Origin: Rhodosorus marinus CCMP1338
Lineage: Eukaryota > Plantae > Rhodophyta
Length of the DNA stretch: 64,000 nt
Assembly (NCBI GenBank): GCA_029953675.1
Contig: JAMWBK010000007.1
Coordinates: 248,001 to 312,000 of the forward strand
Direction: 5' to 3'
Shown here: positions 33,781-45,355 of the stretch, piece after piece
Position numbering within the stretch: the first letter of the stretch is position 1
Layout: every line of letters starts with the position of its first letter
Translations under genes and position numbers: made by a program
Notes under the pieces: model-generated
Databases searched by the model: none
What the model was told of the DNA's origin: nothing
Seen by the model: the letters and a program-made list of their open reading frames with translations, nothing else

Positions 33781-36404
33781 ATGAATAAACCACCTTTTTT
33801 AAAGTGTTGATTTCCATAAAAGGGATCACGAAAACAAGTTTTTGTGATTTTTTAGAGGATGCATTGTTCTTTCGATTAAAAAATCGTGGTTTGTATTCTT
33901 TGCCCCAAAGGCGTAGTTCTTACTTTTTTATTATTGTTTCATATTATCGGGGATGATGACTGCCTGTTAATTGGAGGGATTTGAAGAGATTTAGAGAAGT
34001 TTTTAAATAGCAATCGGCATGAAGTGTTCGAAACCTTTTGAAATTCAGTGTTTTGTCTTGGGAGAGAGGATGGGGTAGGAGGATTTTGATTTTTTGGACT
34101 TTTTATGATGGTCGTCCGCTGGCCCTGGGGGCCTTTGTTTCTGGCACGATAGCATGCTAATGAGAGAATGAGTGTTTTGGTGGCTTTCGGTTGGGGGCAG
34201 GAGGGATGGCGGAATCCTGGATGCGTTCGAAGTTTTCTGATGGTTACTGTTCTCACCGGATGGCCTACCACCAGAATTTACTGACGTTGAGCTTGACATT
34301 GGGAGACCGCCAGAGACCCGGTTGCGTGGCATGCTCTGATCTGCAGCCTCGAGGTTGCGGTAGAATCGGTACTACGCGCTTGATTGCGTTGATGCCTGTT
34401 TGATGTGATGATCAGTTTATTGACAGCTGAACCTCGCACCGTCCTCGCGAGGCCTATCCGGGGTAGTCCCTCCCCCTACCTTACCCCCCCGACCATAGTC
34501 ACTAGACTGAGACCTACACTCCATCCATAGCTACATAACACTCCCGATGAGACACCACCCTCCCCCCTGCCCCAGCATTCTAACAGTGACTATGGAAGAC
34601 AGCTCAACCCTAGTTTGCTCACCTCGTTCCATTGAACTGTTGAGGTTTCAACGCGCGAAATTTTCAGAATTAGCCACCAGTCACCAAAACGGGCCAGAAA
34701 AAAAACAACCGTAAAAGAAGAAAACACTGTTCAACTCACCACTCATCACGCTCACCCTCCCTCCATCACCTCCCCCCACGCTCTTCCATCCCCGAATCAA
34801 AAAAAAAAAAAACCACTCCGATGGGGGACAGCCTGTCATTCGATATTCCTAAAAATGGAAAACACCGAAAATAAATCGAAGAAACGAAATAACTCCGAAG
34901 AGCCAAGCTAGAATCAAAACATGGGGTCCCCCCTGTTGCCTGATACCCATCATAATTTATTAATATATTGCATCATAGTTTTATATGTACTGCTGAAATA
35001 TAATGAAGGTGTCAATAGAATTAACTCTAAAGGATAGATAATGATTCATCGAACGAAGGATTTTTTTTCCGTGCGGATATTGAATTTATGAAATGTTTTG
35101 ATAGGTAAATATTGGCTTTTCGGGGGTTCAGGGACATGGACTCAATAGTAGTCGACGAAGGACCCCAGCTGAAGCGGAGGTGCACCCGGGCTTGGTTACG
35201 GGGGGCCTGACGACCAGTAGGGACCTAAACGGTTTGGTTTTTTTTGCGGTTTTTTTTTTGTTTCTTGGTAGTTGGAAATGATGAGGAAAGAAGATGGTGG
35301 GTAGCCATTGTCCTTGGGGGGGGAGGGCGAGGGTTCCTTTGAAAGGTTGTGTAGGACCAGAGCGGGTCATACAAGAAAACGGAGCACGTTGACAGTGAAC
35401 TGGACAGGTAGATGCCGCGGATCCTGTTCGGTTGGGGTTACTTTTTGCGGTATGTTGATGTACTTCTTTTTGCTTTAACAATTAGCTGTAGGCCTCTCGG
35501 CCCGAGCGGGGCAGACTTGTCTTGTGAAGAGACCGGGAATATTGTTCGGCTAAAGCTACTGTCAGCGGTCGCCAGTTAGCCTCCACGCCCGAATGGCTCC
35601 ATAAGAGGCTTGCAAAGTTGGTTCAGCTTTTTCTGTACGCGGTCAGTCGGCGTCAGTCCGAACCCGGCGTCTCCCGTATTCTCAACAGAATGAAAACGTT
35701 TACGTGGGAACCTCACCCCGGGGGATGTCTACTTCGTTGCATTCCCGGATAGGATTCCGCCCAGTACATCGGATAGTTACTGGGAACGTCAGCAGCCCTT
35801 AGAGAGGGGTCCTTGCTGCTTCCTTGTCGTCTCGGTGTTGTTTTGGCAAAGCCTTGAAATGTTTGGCAGGTGGCGCTATACGGCCAAGGATTGTTGAGGG
35901 AGGCTCTTTACACATCAAAAGTCAACCCGTGGCATTCACATGTCCGTTGAGCCCTACATCTGGCGCGAGCCTGAGCTAACTTAACCAGTCCTCGCCAGCT
36001 CGGAACCAACTTCTCGGCGGAACAAGCGTCCGAGTAGCTCATCGCAGCATCAAAGTTGCTCCCAACGCGCGGAGCTAGTTTGGCGGCTCTCGAAAAAGGC
36101 CGTGTAGTAGCTGCAGACTAAAACATGCGGATTGTAGTATCAAATTCTTCTCTGCTCGTCTAATGCGTTCCTTTGGAAACCTTGGACAACTTTCCGGACA
36201 ACTGCCTCCTTTACACACACCCCTCCAGGCGCGCGAATACTTGCAAGATGGTCTTCTGTCGTAAGCCGAGCCGCCTCCTATTTCACAAAAGCAGAGGTGC
36301 CGCCGAAGATTTCCACCGACCCGACTTGTTTCCAATCTCTATTGAATCGTGAATCCAATTTTTTTATAGCACGATCCACGCGTACTTAAGTACGACTCAT
36401 TGTT

Positions 36405-38716
36405 CTATGCAGTCATGTATGACGATACGTCAATAGCGTCAGGCAGCTCCGAGATAGCAACTTCAAATCTCGATTGTACGTCGTTCAAGGTAGTTTCGTC
36501 CTCATCGCTTGAAATGAAGGAAATAGCTAGTCCCTTCGTTCCAAACCTGCCAGCTCTCCCCACTCGATGGAGGTACGAGTCTGCGTCTGCTGACATGTCA
36601 TAGTTGATCACAATGTTCACTCGCTCAACGTCAATTCCCCTGCCAAAAATGTCCGTCGCCACAAGAATTCTCTTCTTGAAGTCCTTAAACGCCTTGTAGC
36701 GCGCGATTCGCTCCGCCTGCGGAAGCCTAGCGTGCATGGCGATCGATGGAAAGTTGCACTCCACAAGCAGTTTGTTCAACTGCGTGCATCGGGCAACGTT
36801 CTTCACAAAAATCACGACCTGATTGAACTCCAGCGCATCCAGAAGGTCGTTGAGCTTGCGGTTCTTTTCTGCCTCCTTCAGCTTCAAGAAGTACTGAAGC
36901 AGTCCATGCAGGGTCAGCTTCGTTTCATCGTCAACGTAAACTTCCATTGGGTTTTGCATAAACTTTTTGCAAATTGCTCGGATCTCCTTAGCAAGAGTAG
37001 CTGAAAACATCATCACTTGCTTGTCATGAGGGGTCGTTCGGAAGATATCCTGGCGACAGTGCCGAACAACATAAACGTCAGCACCCTCTTCAAGAGGCTT
37101 CGGAGTGGGCCGCGCGATCCCTTACCTGAACATCTCGGCGCATGTCCGTCATCTCCAACATCTTGTCGCACTCGTCAAGAACGAAGAACTTGATATGCGA
37201 GAGATCCAGAATCTTCTTCTGTGCCAGGTCAAGTACACGTCCGGGAGTCCCGACAATCACATGTGGAGTACTCGTAGCCAACATCTCCTTGTCCTGCTTC
37301 AGCGGGACACCGCCATAGATCACTCCAACTTTCAAGTCCGGCATGTACTTCGAGAAACGCTCGAATTCGCGAGCAATCTGATACGCAAGCTCTCGCGTAT
37401 GTCCAAGGACTATACAGCTAACAGTACCCTCCTTCGGCTCCAGCTGATGCAAGACCGCGAGAGTGAAAACGGCCGTCTTTCCCATTCCAGACTTGGCCTG
37501 ACAAAGGACATCGGTTCCCAACGTTGCCTTGGGAATGCATTCGTGTTGAACCTCCGAGGGGTGTTCAAATCCACAATCCTGTCGGGTCATTCAAACACAC
37601 TACATTCAGATTCGATTTCGACTCAAGGGAGCAGTCGTTGGCCTTAAAGCCGAGTGGCGAACCTGGATTGCTCGAAGGAGCTCAGGTTTCAACAAAAAAT
37701 CCTTAAATCCCGCAGAGTGAAGACCGACATAAGTGCCCCTAACAATCGAAAAATGTAAGCGTAAGATAAGTTCTCCATCAGTTCTCTGTCCGGGCCTCTT
37801 GCAGCATCCGTCAGCGTCTCAAAGAGCAAAATCAAGGCGGCAAAGTCATCTACGGCATCACTGGCGAGTGAATCTGCAACGAGCTCGGGTTTGGGGAGCA
37901 AGGGTTCAGCTTCGGGCGGGTCCTGGACATTCTGAAAAAGAGATAAGAGATATTCCAGCCTTTTAAAGGCTGCCTTCCTAAGGTCCTTCATCAAATCCGG
38001 AACATGTCGTCTCTACGGCCAACGGCAGCAAATACTCCGGGCTTCTTTCGAGCGCGCGCTCTACTAGTGTACCGCCTTCGGGTGTTGGGCAACTCTAGAA
38101 AGGTGATTGCACATGCAGGTTTTCTTTCACGGTACCCGACAAATCAGAACTTTCCTGCGCCTCCGACTACCGATCTAAAAGGTGAGACCAACTCAACTAG
38201 GCTCTACCGCGATGCTGATACGCTCATGCGCACAGCTAACGGTATTGAGCTTCATTCTGACGGGTTTGTCCTTACACGAGTACAAGACAAGGGTGCATGA
38301 AGACAGGATCGTCTCCTTGTTGCTCTTCGAACATATTCATCTACAGAAAGTCATCCCAAAACGATTTAAAGGCGACACGACCAAGCGCTCGACAAACGCT
38401 GACACCACTGGTACTTGCGCAACCCTGCCTCGATACTGCCCTCGCTTTTGTCTCTCAGAAGCCATACCGAACCCCATGGACGTCTTTGCCGGCGGACTTG
38501 ACAATAAATAAATGCAAAAGCACTGGAGAACGCTTTCGGGATGCTGATTTTTGAACTTTTTGGCAGGAGTGCTTAGCCATACTTTGAAGCGGGTTTCCCA
38601 TCAGCGTCCTCTTTCGCAGTCGACTCGGCCGGAACTGTCTCTTCCTCCTCCTCGTAGTCGACGAACTCTTCCTCTCCTCCAAACTCCTCAGCTGGTTTAC
38701 TCGCCTCAACCTCCAT
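36405..38716 (-). CDS. UAP56: DECD-box RNA helicase UAP56/SUB2 (DDX39)
   Basis: Exons 38716-38583, 37738-37663, 37578-37126, 37049-36405. [67 protein letters not shown]. Confidence 0.95.
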
Positions 38717-40454
38717 CGCGGATTCTCTACAGAAAGATACCTCGATCAAATCCGGTCCCGCCCGACCACAAGAACAAAAATACTTGTAAAACTTTGGCAC
38801 AAAAAAAAAAAGAAATCAAACTCTTCCGCTGCCTGAATACTCCCGCTCGCTCTCCAGGAAACGACACAGAAAAACACGAAAACAACAAAAACACGAGAAA
38901 TACGTATATACTACAGACGTAAATCAACAAACGCCTCACGTTCTACAGAATAAAATCCGATCTCCAAAAATACTCACTTTCGTCTTTCCTCCTAAAGGAA
39001 GTCCCACCCCAAACAACTCCTTCCCTTCCAACCTCCCCTCCTTCACCATTACCCCTCCTCATCAACCCAAAATCGCTGCTTAAATACTTCTCCACAAAGA
39101 AGTCATCTGTCAACTTCCGATGAAAGCAAACTCCATCGCCTCCTTGAAACAAACGAAAAAAAAGTAGTTTGGGGGGGGGTAGCGGGGGTGGGTGGGACGG
39201 GGGGGTAATCTTCCTCCTCATCTCATCCTGTATCCAATAATTTTTATAAATAAAAATTTATCAAACATATCGCTAATTTGTAGGGGGTAAAGCCTTCGTA
39301 GCTTTAGTTAAAGTCAAAATCTTATACCCCGCTCAACTTTCAAGTAATTCCTGCGTTTCAATATTTTCATTATTTTTCGTAGAACCCGTATGATGTCGGT
39401 CCACCACCCTTTTATTTATTTTGATAATTTATATATTTCTATTTTTCCATCGGTTTTGAACGGTTTGAGGCGATGGTGACTTTTTAGGATGAGTTTTATT
39501 CGTTTTTCAAATATTGATTTTGTTTTCGCGGTTTTTGGTTGCTTTTGGGCGGGTTCTCGATGTGGATGGATGGATTCTGGAAGTTCTCTCTTACTGAGCG
39601 AGAATGTGTTTGACTGTTACATAGTAAGAGCTGCTGCCTCCTTACCAGCCGCGTGTCCCAGCCATCAACAGTTGGAATAATGCCCCGCTAGGCGCATTTT
39701 TGTCTTTTTGAACGAAACGCAAACCACAACGCATCGATCTTGCATCGGTTTTGGTTTTTGCTTCCTTTCCCATCTGATTTGTAATATATGACTGGAGAGG
39801 ACGAAGCAGCTCTCAAGCTCCTTCACGTAATCGCCCGGATGGCGTACCAGAATACTTTGCTGATGTATATGACTCATGGACTTGGCCAGGAATCAACTTG
39901 CTTCGCGTTTTGCCCAGCGAGGGCCAAAATCCTTTCAGTGAAGTGGAGGTGCGGTAACAAACTTCGGCTAGCCCGCTATTGCCGTGTCGCACGTTCAAAA
40001 GATCGGGTACAATCGAGATTTTGTTCTGATATGCCATGTCCCGGCCTCCCGCTGGACGCCCAGAGAGCACATCTTGCAAAGCCAGTCATGATACAGAACC
40101 TCACTAAACATCTTGAGCTTTCAGGACTGGCAAAGCAGCGTGACGTGAAGACAAGAAGCAAGACTGCGTAGATCACTTAGAAGTCAGTCTTCCAAAGGGA
40201 TTTCGTTCTCGTCGTAGCCGTCGTCTTCCAAAGTTAAGGTGTCAATAAAAAGTTCTAACGCCTCTCGATCTGCTTATGAAAGTGGGATGATGACCGACTG
40301 AAGGGATGAGCAAGCACTTTGCTATGAAAGTAGAAAAGCTCGATGGTCGAAGGATTTGGTTATCAAGCGCGTCGAGAGGGTCTTCTTCGCTGCTGAAGAA
40401 GCGGGCGCTGCTGAGCTTAGCGCTTTAGAGAGTGAGTCTTTTTGTGGGAGAGCG

Positions 40455-41411
40455 ATGTCTGGATCAGCCGCTGCAGGGAACAAGCGGCTAAGGGGAACGG
40501 TTGTGGTCGTTCCAATTGTTCATGGATCGATTTCATTCTACTTGGGAAAGAAAAGCGAAGAGGAACGAACGCACAAGTGGACCGCGTATGTCCGCGGGTT
40601 GGAGAACCGCGATTTGTCCTACGTTGTGAAGAGCGTCGAGTTCCTTCTGCATGAAAGTTTCGATCCGCAAAAGCGAGGTACAGAGACAGAACCACATCTT
40701 TCATGTAAAAATACTGAGCGAAATTTTTGCCCTTTTGTTTCCACTTCCGTTTTACTTCCGCCAGTTCTATCTTTACCTCCGTATGAAGTCACCGAGAGCG
40801 GCTGGGGAGAGTTTGAAGTGAACATCAAAATCCACTTTAAGGACAACATCGAAAAGCCCGTCGAGATCTTTCATTTGTTGAGGGTATGTCTTTTCATTGC
40901 CAAGCATGAAAACGGAAAAGCGACACCTAACTGAGAAGTGGAAGCGACGTCGCCCTCCCGCCCATCCATCTTGCAATAGCTGTTTCCTCCACTAGGCACG
41001 GAAATGTCCAAGAAACCAGTGGTATCTGAGCACTACGATGAGATTATATTTCAGGATCCCACAGAGAACCTCTTCAAGATTCTCAAAGCAGGCCCGTCAG
41101 CGAAGTTCAAGCTAAGCACTTATTCTCCCTATTGTATGAATAGCACAGCATGGTTGGGAGGAAAGGTCTTCCCTTTCTCTCTCAGAAGAGTCGATTCCTG
41201 TGCACTAACCGCTCTTCTCCTCTTAAAATTCCCTGACATAACCCAAGTCTCCAGCTTCGAAGGACAGGAGAGCAAAGAACTGAAACAGATCGAGGAAGCC
41301 AGAAAGAAGCTGAGGCACGACAAACTGGCCCTCGAGGATAAGTTCAACGCCCTTGAAGTGGAAAGGGAAGAGCTTGCACGGGAGCTCACACGATTGGGAG
41401 GCAAAGTGTGA
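40455..41411 (+). CDS. YAF9: YEATS-domain protein (YAF9/GAS41-like) with C-terminal coiled coil
   Basis: THKWTAYVRG, FLLHESF, PPYEVTESGWGEF, SEHYDEIIF. Introns 40678-40764, 40884-40979, 41134-41247. Confidence 0.9.
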
Positions 41412-42247
41412 AGGAAGCTCAGGTATCTCGTGACCTCTAGCTTCCTTTATGCTGCTTGTAAGGTTATGGCCCAGGCGATTACACGGAGGCGTTGGGCAAC
41501 GACCTCCGCGGTAAACCAGTTTTAGAGGCTTACTGTTTTTTAAGATCTCAAACCGAAACTATTGTAAGAACGATAAAACCAGGCCAACACCACCACACCG
41601 CACATAGGCGAAACCTCATCGCCTGGTGATCGAACACTATCTCAGCGAAGATCAAAGGTTATGAGACGATCTAGGTGACACGGGGCACTGCAACGGGTCC
41701 TCCGGTTCCGGCGGACCGGTATGCGACAGCGTCAGTGACCTGATTAGATTTCGAGACGAAGGATCCGCACGTCGCTATACCTGTAAAAGACAGAAAGGCG
41801 CTCGCTGTTAGTATACCTGGACGCAAAGGACGGACATGGGGTATTTTCACTATCTACAAAGCTAATTAAACAAATAGGAAGCTATACAATCACTGGAAAA
41901 GAAAAATGTTCAAACTGGTTGCGTTCTACGCGCTTCATCGGGAAATCCTTGCGAGTAGAATAGCGCCAGGTGGTTACTTTCGCCATCCATGGTTGAGAAA
42001 GTTTTTTCAACAGCCATCAAGTTTTTTACCCTACTTATCGGCTGGTGCTCGACCGTTAGGATGGCTTGGGGGAAATATGCTTTTCTTGCCCATACAATGC
42101 GACCTTCACTCGCGGACGCGGGGGGAGTTATTCACCTACCCTTTCGCCTGCGCCGTTTGGGCAGGTTCCTCTCGTGCGCTTTCCTTCTGGGTGTGGTCCA
42201 GAGTCGGATGCTGTTGTCCCTTTTGTGAAAGTAGACTTCTCCTCCCA

Positions 42248-45200
42248 CTAAGGCATATGCTTTTGACGAAGACTTGTCAACACCAGCGTGATATCCTGGA
42301 ACCTGTTGTGGAAACGGTATAGCGATTTAAAACATGCTTCCCGGCTCTCCAAACAGTAGGGTCTTATGAGTCTCCTACCTCGGCCTTCTCTTAGGATCCT
42401 GCTGGAAGCAGCCTTCCATTATCGCCTTCATATCCTCCGGAGCATCAATCCCGTCGGGGAGTCTTAGCCTTTCTCCCCTTGATCCCACCTTGAACACGAC
42501 CTGCATAGGATGATCATCCTTGAAGGGCTTTTGGCAAACCATGAGTTCCCAGAGGATTACACCGAAAGCCCAAACGTCGACTGACTCATCGAAAAGATCC
42601 TGCCGAAGCATTTCTGGTGCCATCCACTCAGGTGTGCCCCCCGGGCCGGTGTCCACATAGCTGCTTTCCTTCAACCGGGATAAACCGAAGTCTGTAACTT
42701 TCACCTAGCAAGAGAAAAAAGTTGCCACTGTTATTCAGGCCTGACTTCCGCAACAGGATGATTTTGCACTTCCACCAACCTCCTCCACGGTTCTGCCAAG
42801 AAGCACGTTCGGCGATTTCAAATCTCTATGTACAATGGTCGGGGATTGCGCGTGCAGGTACTCCATGCCCTTGGAGATGCCATAGGCGATGTAGACCTGT
42901 TTAACTGTTGATAGCGGAGCTCCGTGCGACTTCATCTGTTTATAAAGTACTCTGTACAGGCTTCCTCCGGGCATGAACTAGTGGGTGTAAGGAAAATTAA
43001 CACGATTCTCAGGTCAGGAAACACTACGCGTTCGCATTGGACGCATTCCAGGGCACTCACCTCCAAGAGAATCGCAAGCGTGGGAACGTCTACACAAGCA
43101 CCAATAAATGAGACAACGTTGGGATGCGACAAATCTGACATTAACTTGATCTCTTGCAGGAACTCCTTGACCGGCACGATCATTTTCTCCTCACTGCCTT
43201 TTGGAGTAAGAGTCTTCACGGCTACAATCTTGCCGTCGTGTTTCGCCTTGAAAACCTGTCACCGAAGCCCAATTACTGTTTTCAATGGCTAGAATTGGTG
43301 CATCGAGTTTAGATTATCCTTCAATACCTCTCCAAACCCGCCGGCACCAATTTTGGGGCCGAAGATAACGGATTTGAAGTCCACAGCCCAATGTTTCATC
43401 CACTGGTCATCAAAAATGCCTTTCGCATCGTTCACACCCATCCTCGTCAAATCGGCCTTCTCTTCCTGAATGTCACCGAAGATTAGGTTCCTGTCCTGGT
43501 TCTCCTTCTGCATCATGATCCTGTCCCCAAAGTCTGCAAAAGACAGAGAAAGATGCAATGAGTAAACACGTAGCAGGAAACTGCTGAGGAAGCTTTTGAT
43601 AGTGGCTATGGTCAAAAATCAAATCCAACACTACAGTCCATCCTCTTGGATCGTGATGTCCTTACTGTTCATCTTAGCGACATCAGATCCAGGCTGCGCC
43701 TCCGCGACCGTGGGAGAGTCCTTAAGCCAGTCCTTGATTAAACTCTTTGCCTTCTCGAAATCCTGTTCTCGGCAGTCAACCCCCTGCGTTGCGATCAGTC
43801 TTCTCGCAAGAGGTGTGAGATCGCAGCTCCTCCAGAAGAGCGGAACAATCGTATTTCCTGAAAGAGGTATTTTCCATGTTGGTGGAGAAGGTACGGTCAG
43901 ATTGGCAAAATTCTCGTATTAATCACCCGCGACTGCTCGGTCTACCTTGAGTATCAAAATCCGAACAGTAGGCAAGTGAGAACGCCTCAGTGCACTCCTT
44001 CGACTGAAAGTAGTCATCGGATAGCAGCGATAGAATCATGGCGGATTTCTTGATCGCGTTAATCGTGGGTACGCTGACAATTCCTCGCTCGCGCATTTTT
44101 AGGCCCCTAAGAAAAATGTCGCGAAGAATTTCGTTAGGATCTGCTCCTGATCGCAGGTGGTACACGATGACGGCAGGATTGCTGACTCACTTTGGCGCCC
44201 CATCAAAAATTTCGATCCCCGGTCTGGTCTCCTTCATAAAGTACATCAAAGCCTCTGCATCTGCAGCATCCTCCTGTGCGTAGCTCACGTACACGTCGTA
44301 CTTCTTTTTGGATGGAAGGTCTTGCTTCACAAGCGACTCTTTCAACTGAGGCCAGTGGTCATCAATTTGAACTAGTCAGCATTTGGCATCGCTCGAACGA
44401 GCGATTCTTGTTAGCGCCAGCGACTGTCTCACCTTTCTGAAAGTTTCGAGGTCCTTGGAGACGTCAGTATCATACGGAAGGAGGATTCGAATCTTCCGAA
44501 TCGGCAAGCCCATCATCATCCATGCGTACGTGATCTCGACCGCCGCCCGGACGAAATGTTTCCTAAGCGAATGGCTCAATAGGCCCCCCATTAGCGGAAG
44601 CATAACAGAGTTGATCTCCACTTCCCCACCGATGACAGTAGCTAAACATTGCATTATATCCTATTGGAATGGCGGAGAGAAGCCCAAGCATTAGCCAACG
44701 CGACTTATCTAGAGGGAGGGCGAAAACGTCGGGGACACAATTACCAACGCGATATTGTCATCGCTTTCCAGTTCCTTTCCTGGATCCTCATAGACAAGAA
44801 GCCTGTCATATTCAAACCCATCCGGACGTGGTTTGGGTAGTGATTTTGATAGCCAGCAATGATAGTGACGCCTATAGCTCGGGTTTGGATTCGTCTGTTT
44901 TTCAAGCTGTACCAAACTGATTCCGCTCCGGTTCAACGCTGCCAAAGCAGAGTCGCGGTTGGCCTTATGATCCCCTCGGGCCCTCAAGTAGACTACAAGT
45001 AGATCAGTTGCGTCGGTCTTCGAGAGCGACTCCACCTTCCCCTGCATCAACTCGATTCTACTGGTGAAGTGCTTCGTATGAACATTAATAAAATCCACCG
45101 TAGCCGCACGGCCCGTATCTTTCGGTCCATAGACAGGTACTGGCTTAGGCACAACCCTCTTTTCCGGTGCTGATTGGTTTCCATGCTTGCCATCACGGGC

Positions 45201-45355
45201 ATCACCAGCTGTTGCCCTCCCTCCTAAATACAAATCAATCACAGTGTCAAACCAGCGCACTTCTATTTCCAAATAAAAAAAGGATCAAGACGAACGTTTG
45301 AGGATCACAACCTACCCCGAGCTCCCCCAGATCCCAAACCATGAGAGTTCCCCAT
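42248..45355 (-). CDS. Macro-like domain + TIR domain + TKL/Raf-like protein kinase fusion (744 aa, 11 exons)
   Basis: Exons 45355-45316, 45223-44745, 44660-44433, 44345-44191, 44106-43946, 43857-43666, 43533-43328, 43255-43061, 42977-42780, 42704-42379, 42302-42248. All introns GT-AG (72-132 nt), phases consistent, total 2235 nt. TIR: YDVYVSYAQED, LSDDYFQSKEC, IVPLFW, DCRE. Kinase: GAGGFG, VAVK, HRDLKSPN, DFG, APE. Confidence 0.88.

Noticed and set aside
35480-36330. GC-balanced non-coding stretch that superficially resembles rRNA or structured RNA
   Set aside because: No conserved SSU, LSU, 5S, snRNA or tRNA motif recognised on either strand, and no convincing ORF. An Rfam/Infernal scan would settle it.
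37906-37993. Box C/D snoRNA candidate (TGATGA...CTGA, minus strand) in the UAP56 intron
   Set aside because: No clear terminal stem and no recognisable rRNA-complementary guide; such short boxes occur by chance. snoScan would test it.
37689-37994. 101-aa ORF inside UAP56 intron 1 as a nested gene
   Set aside because: It overlaps UAP56 exon 2 out of frame and has no recognisable motif; cannot be supported without expression data.
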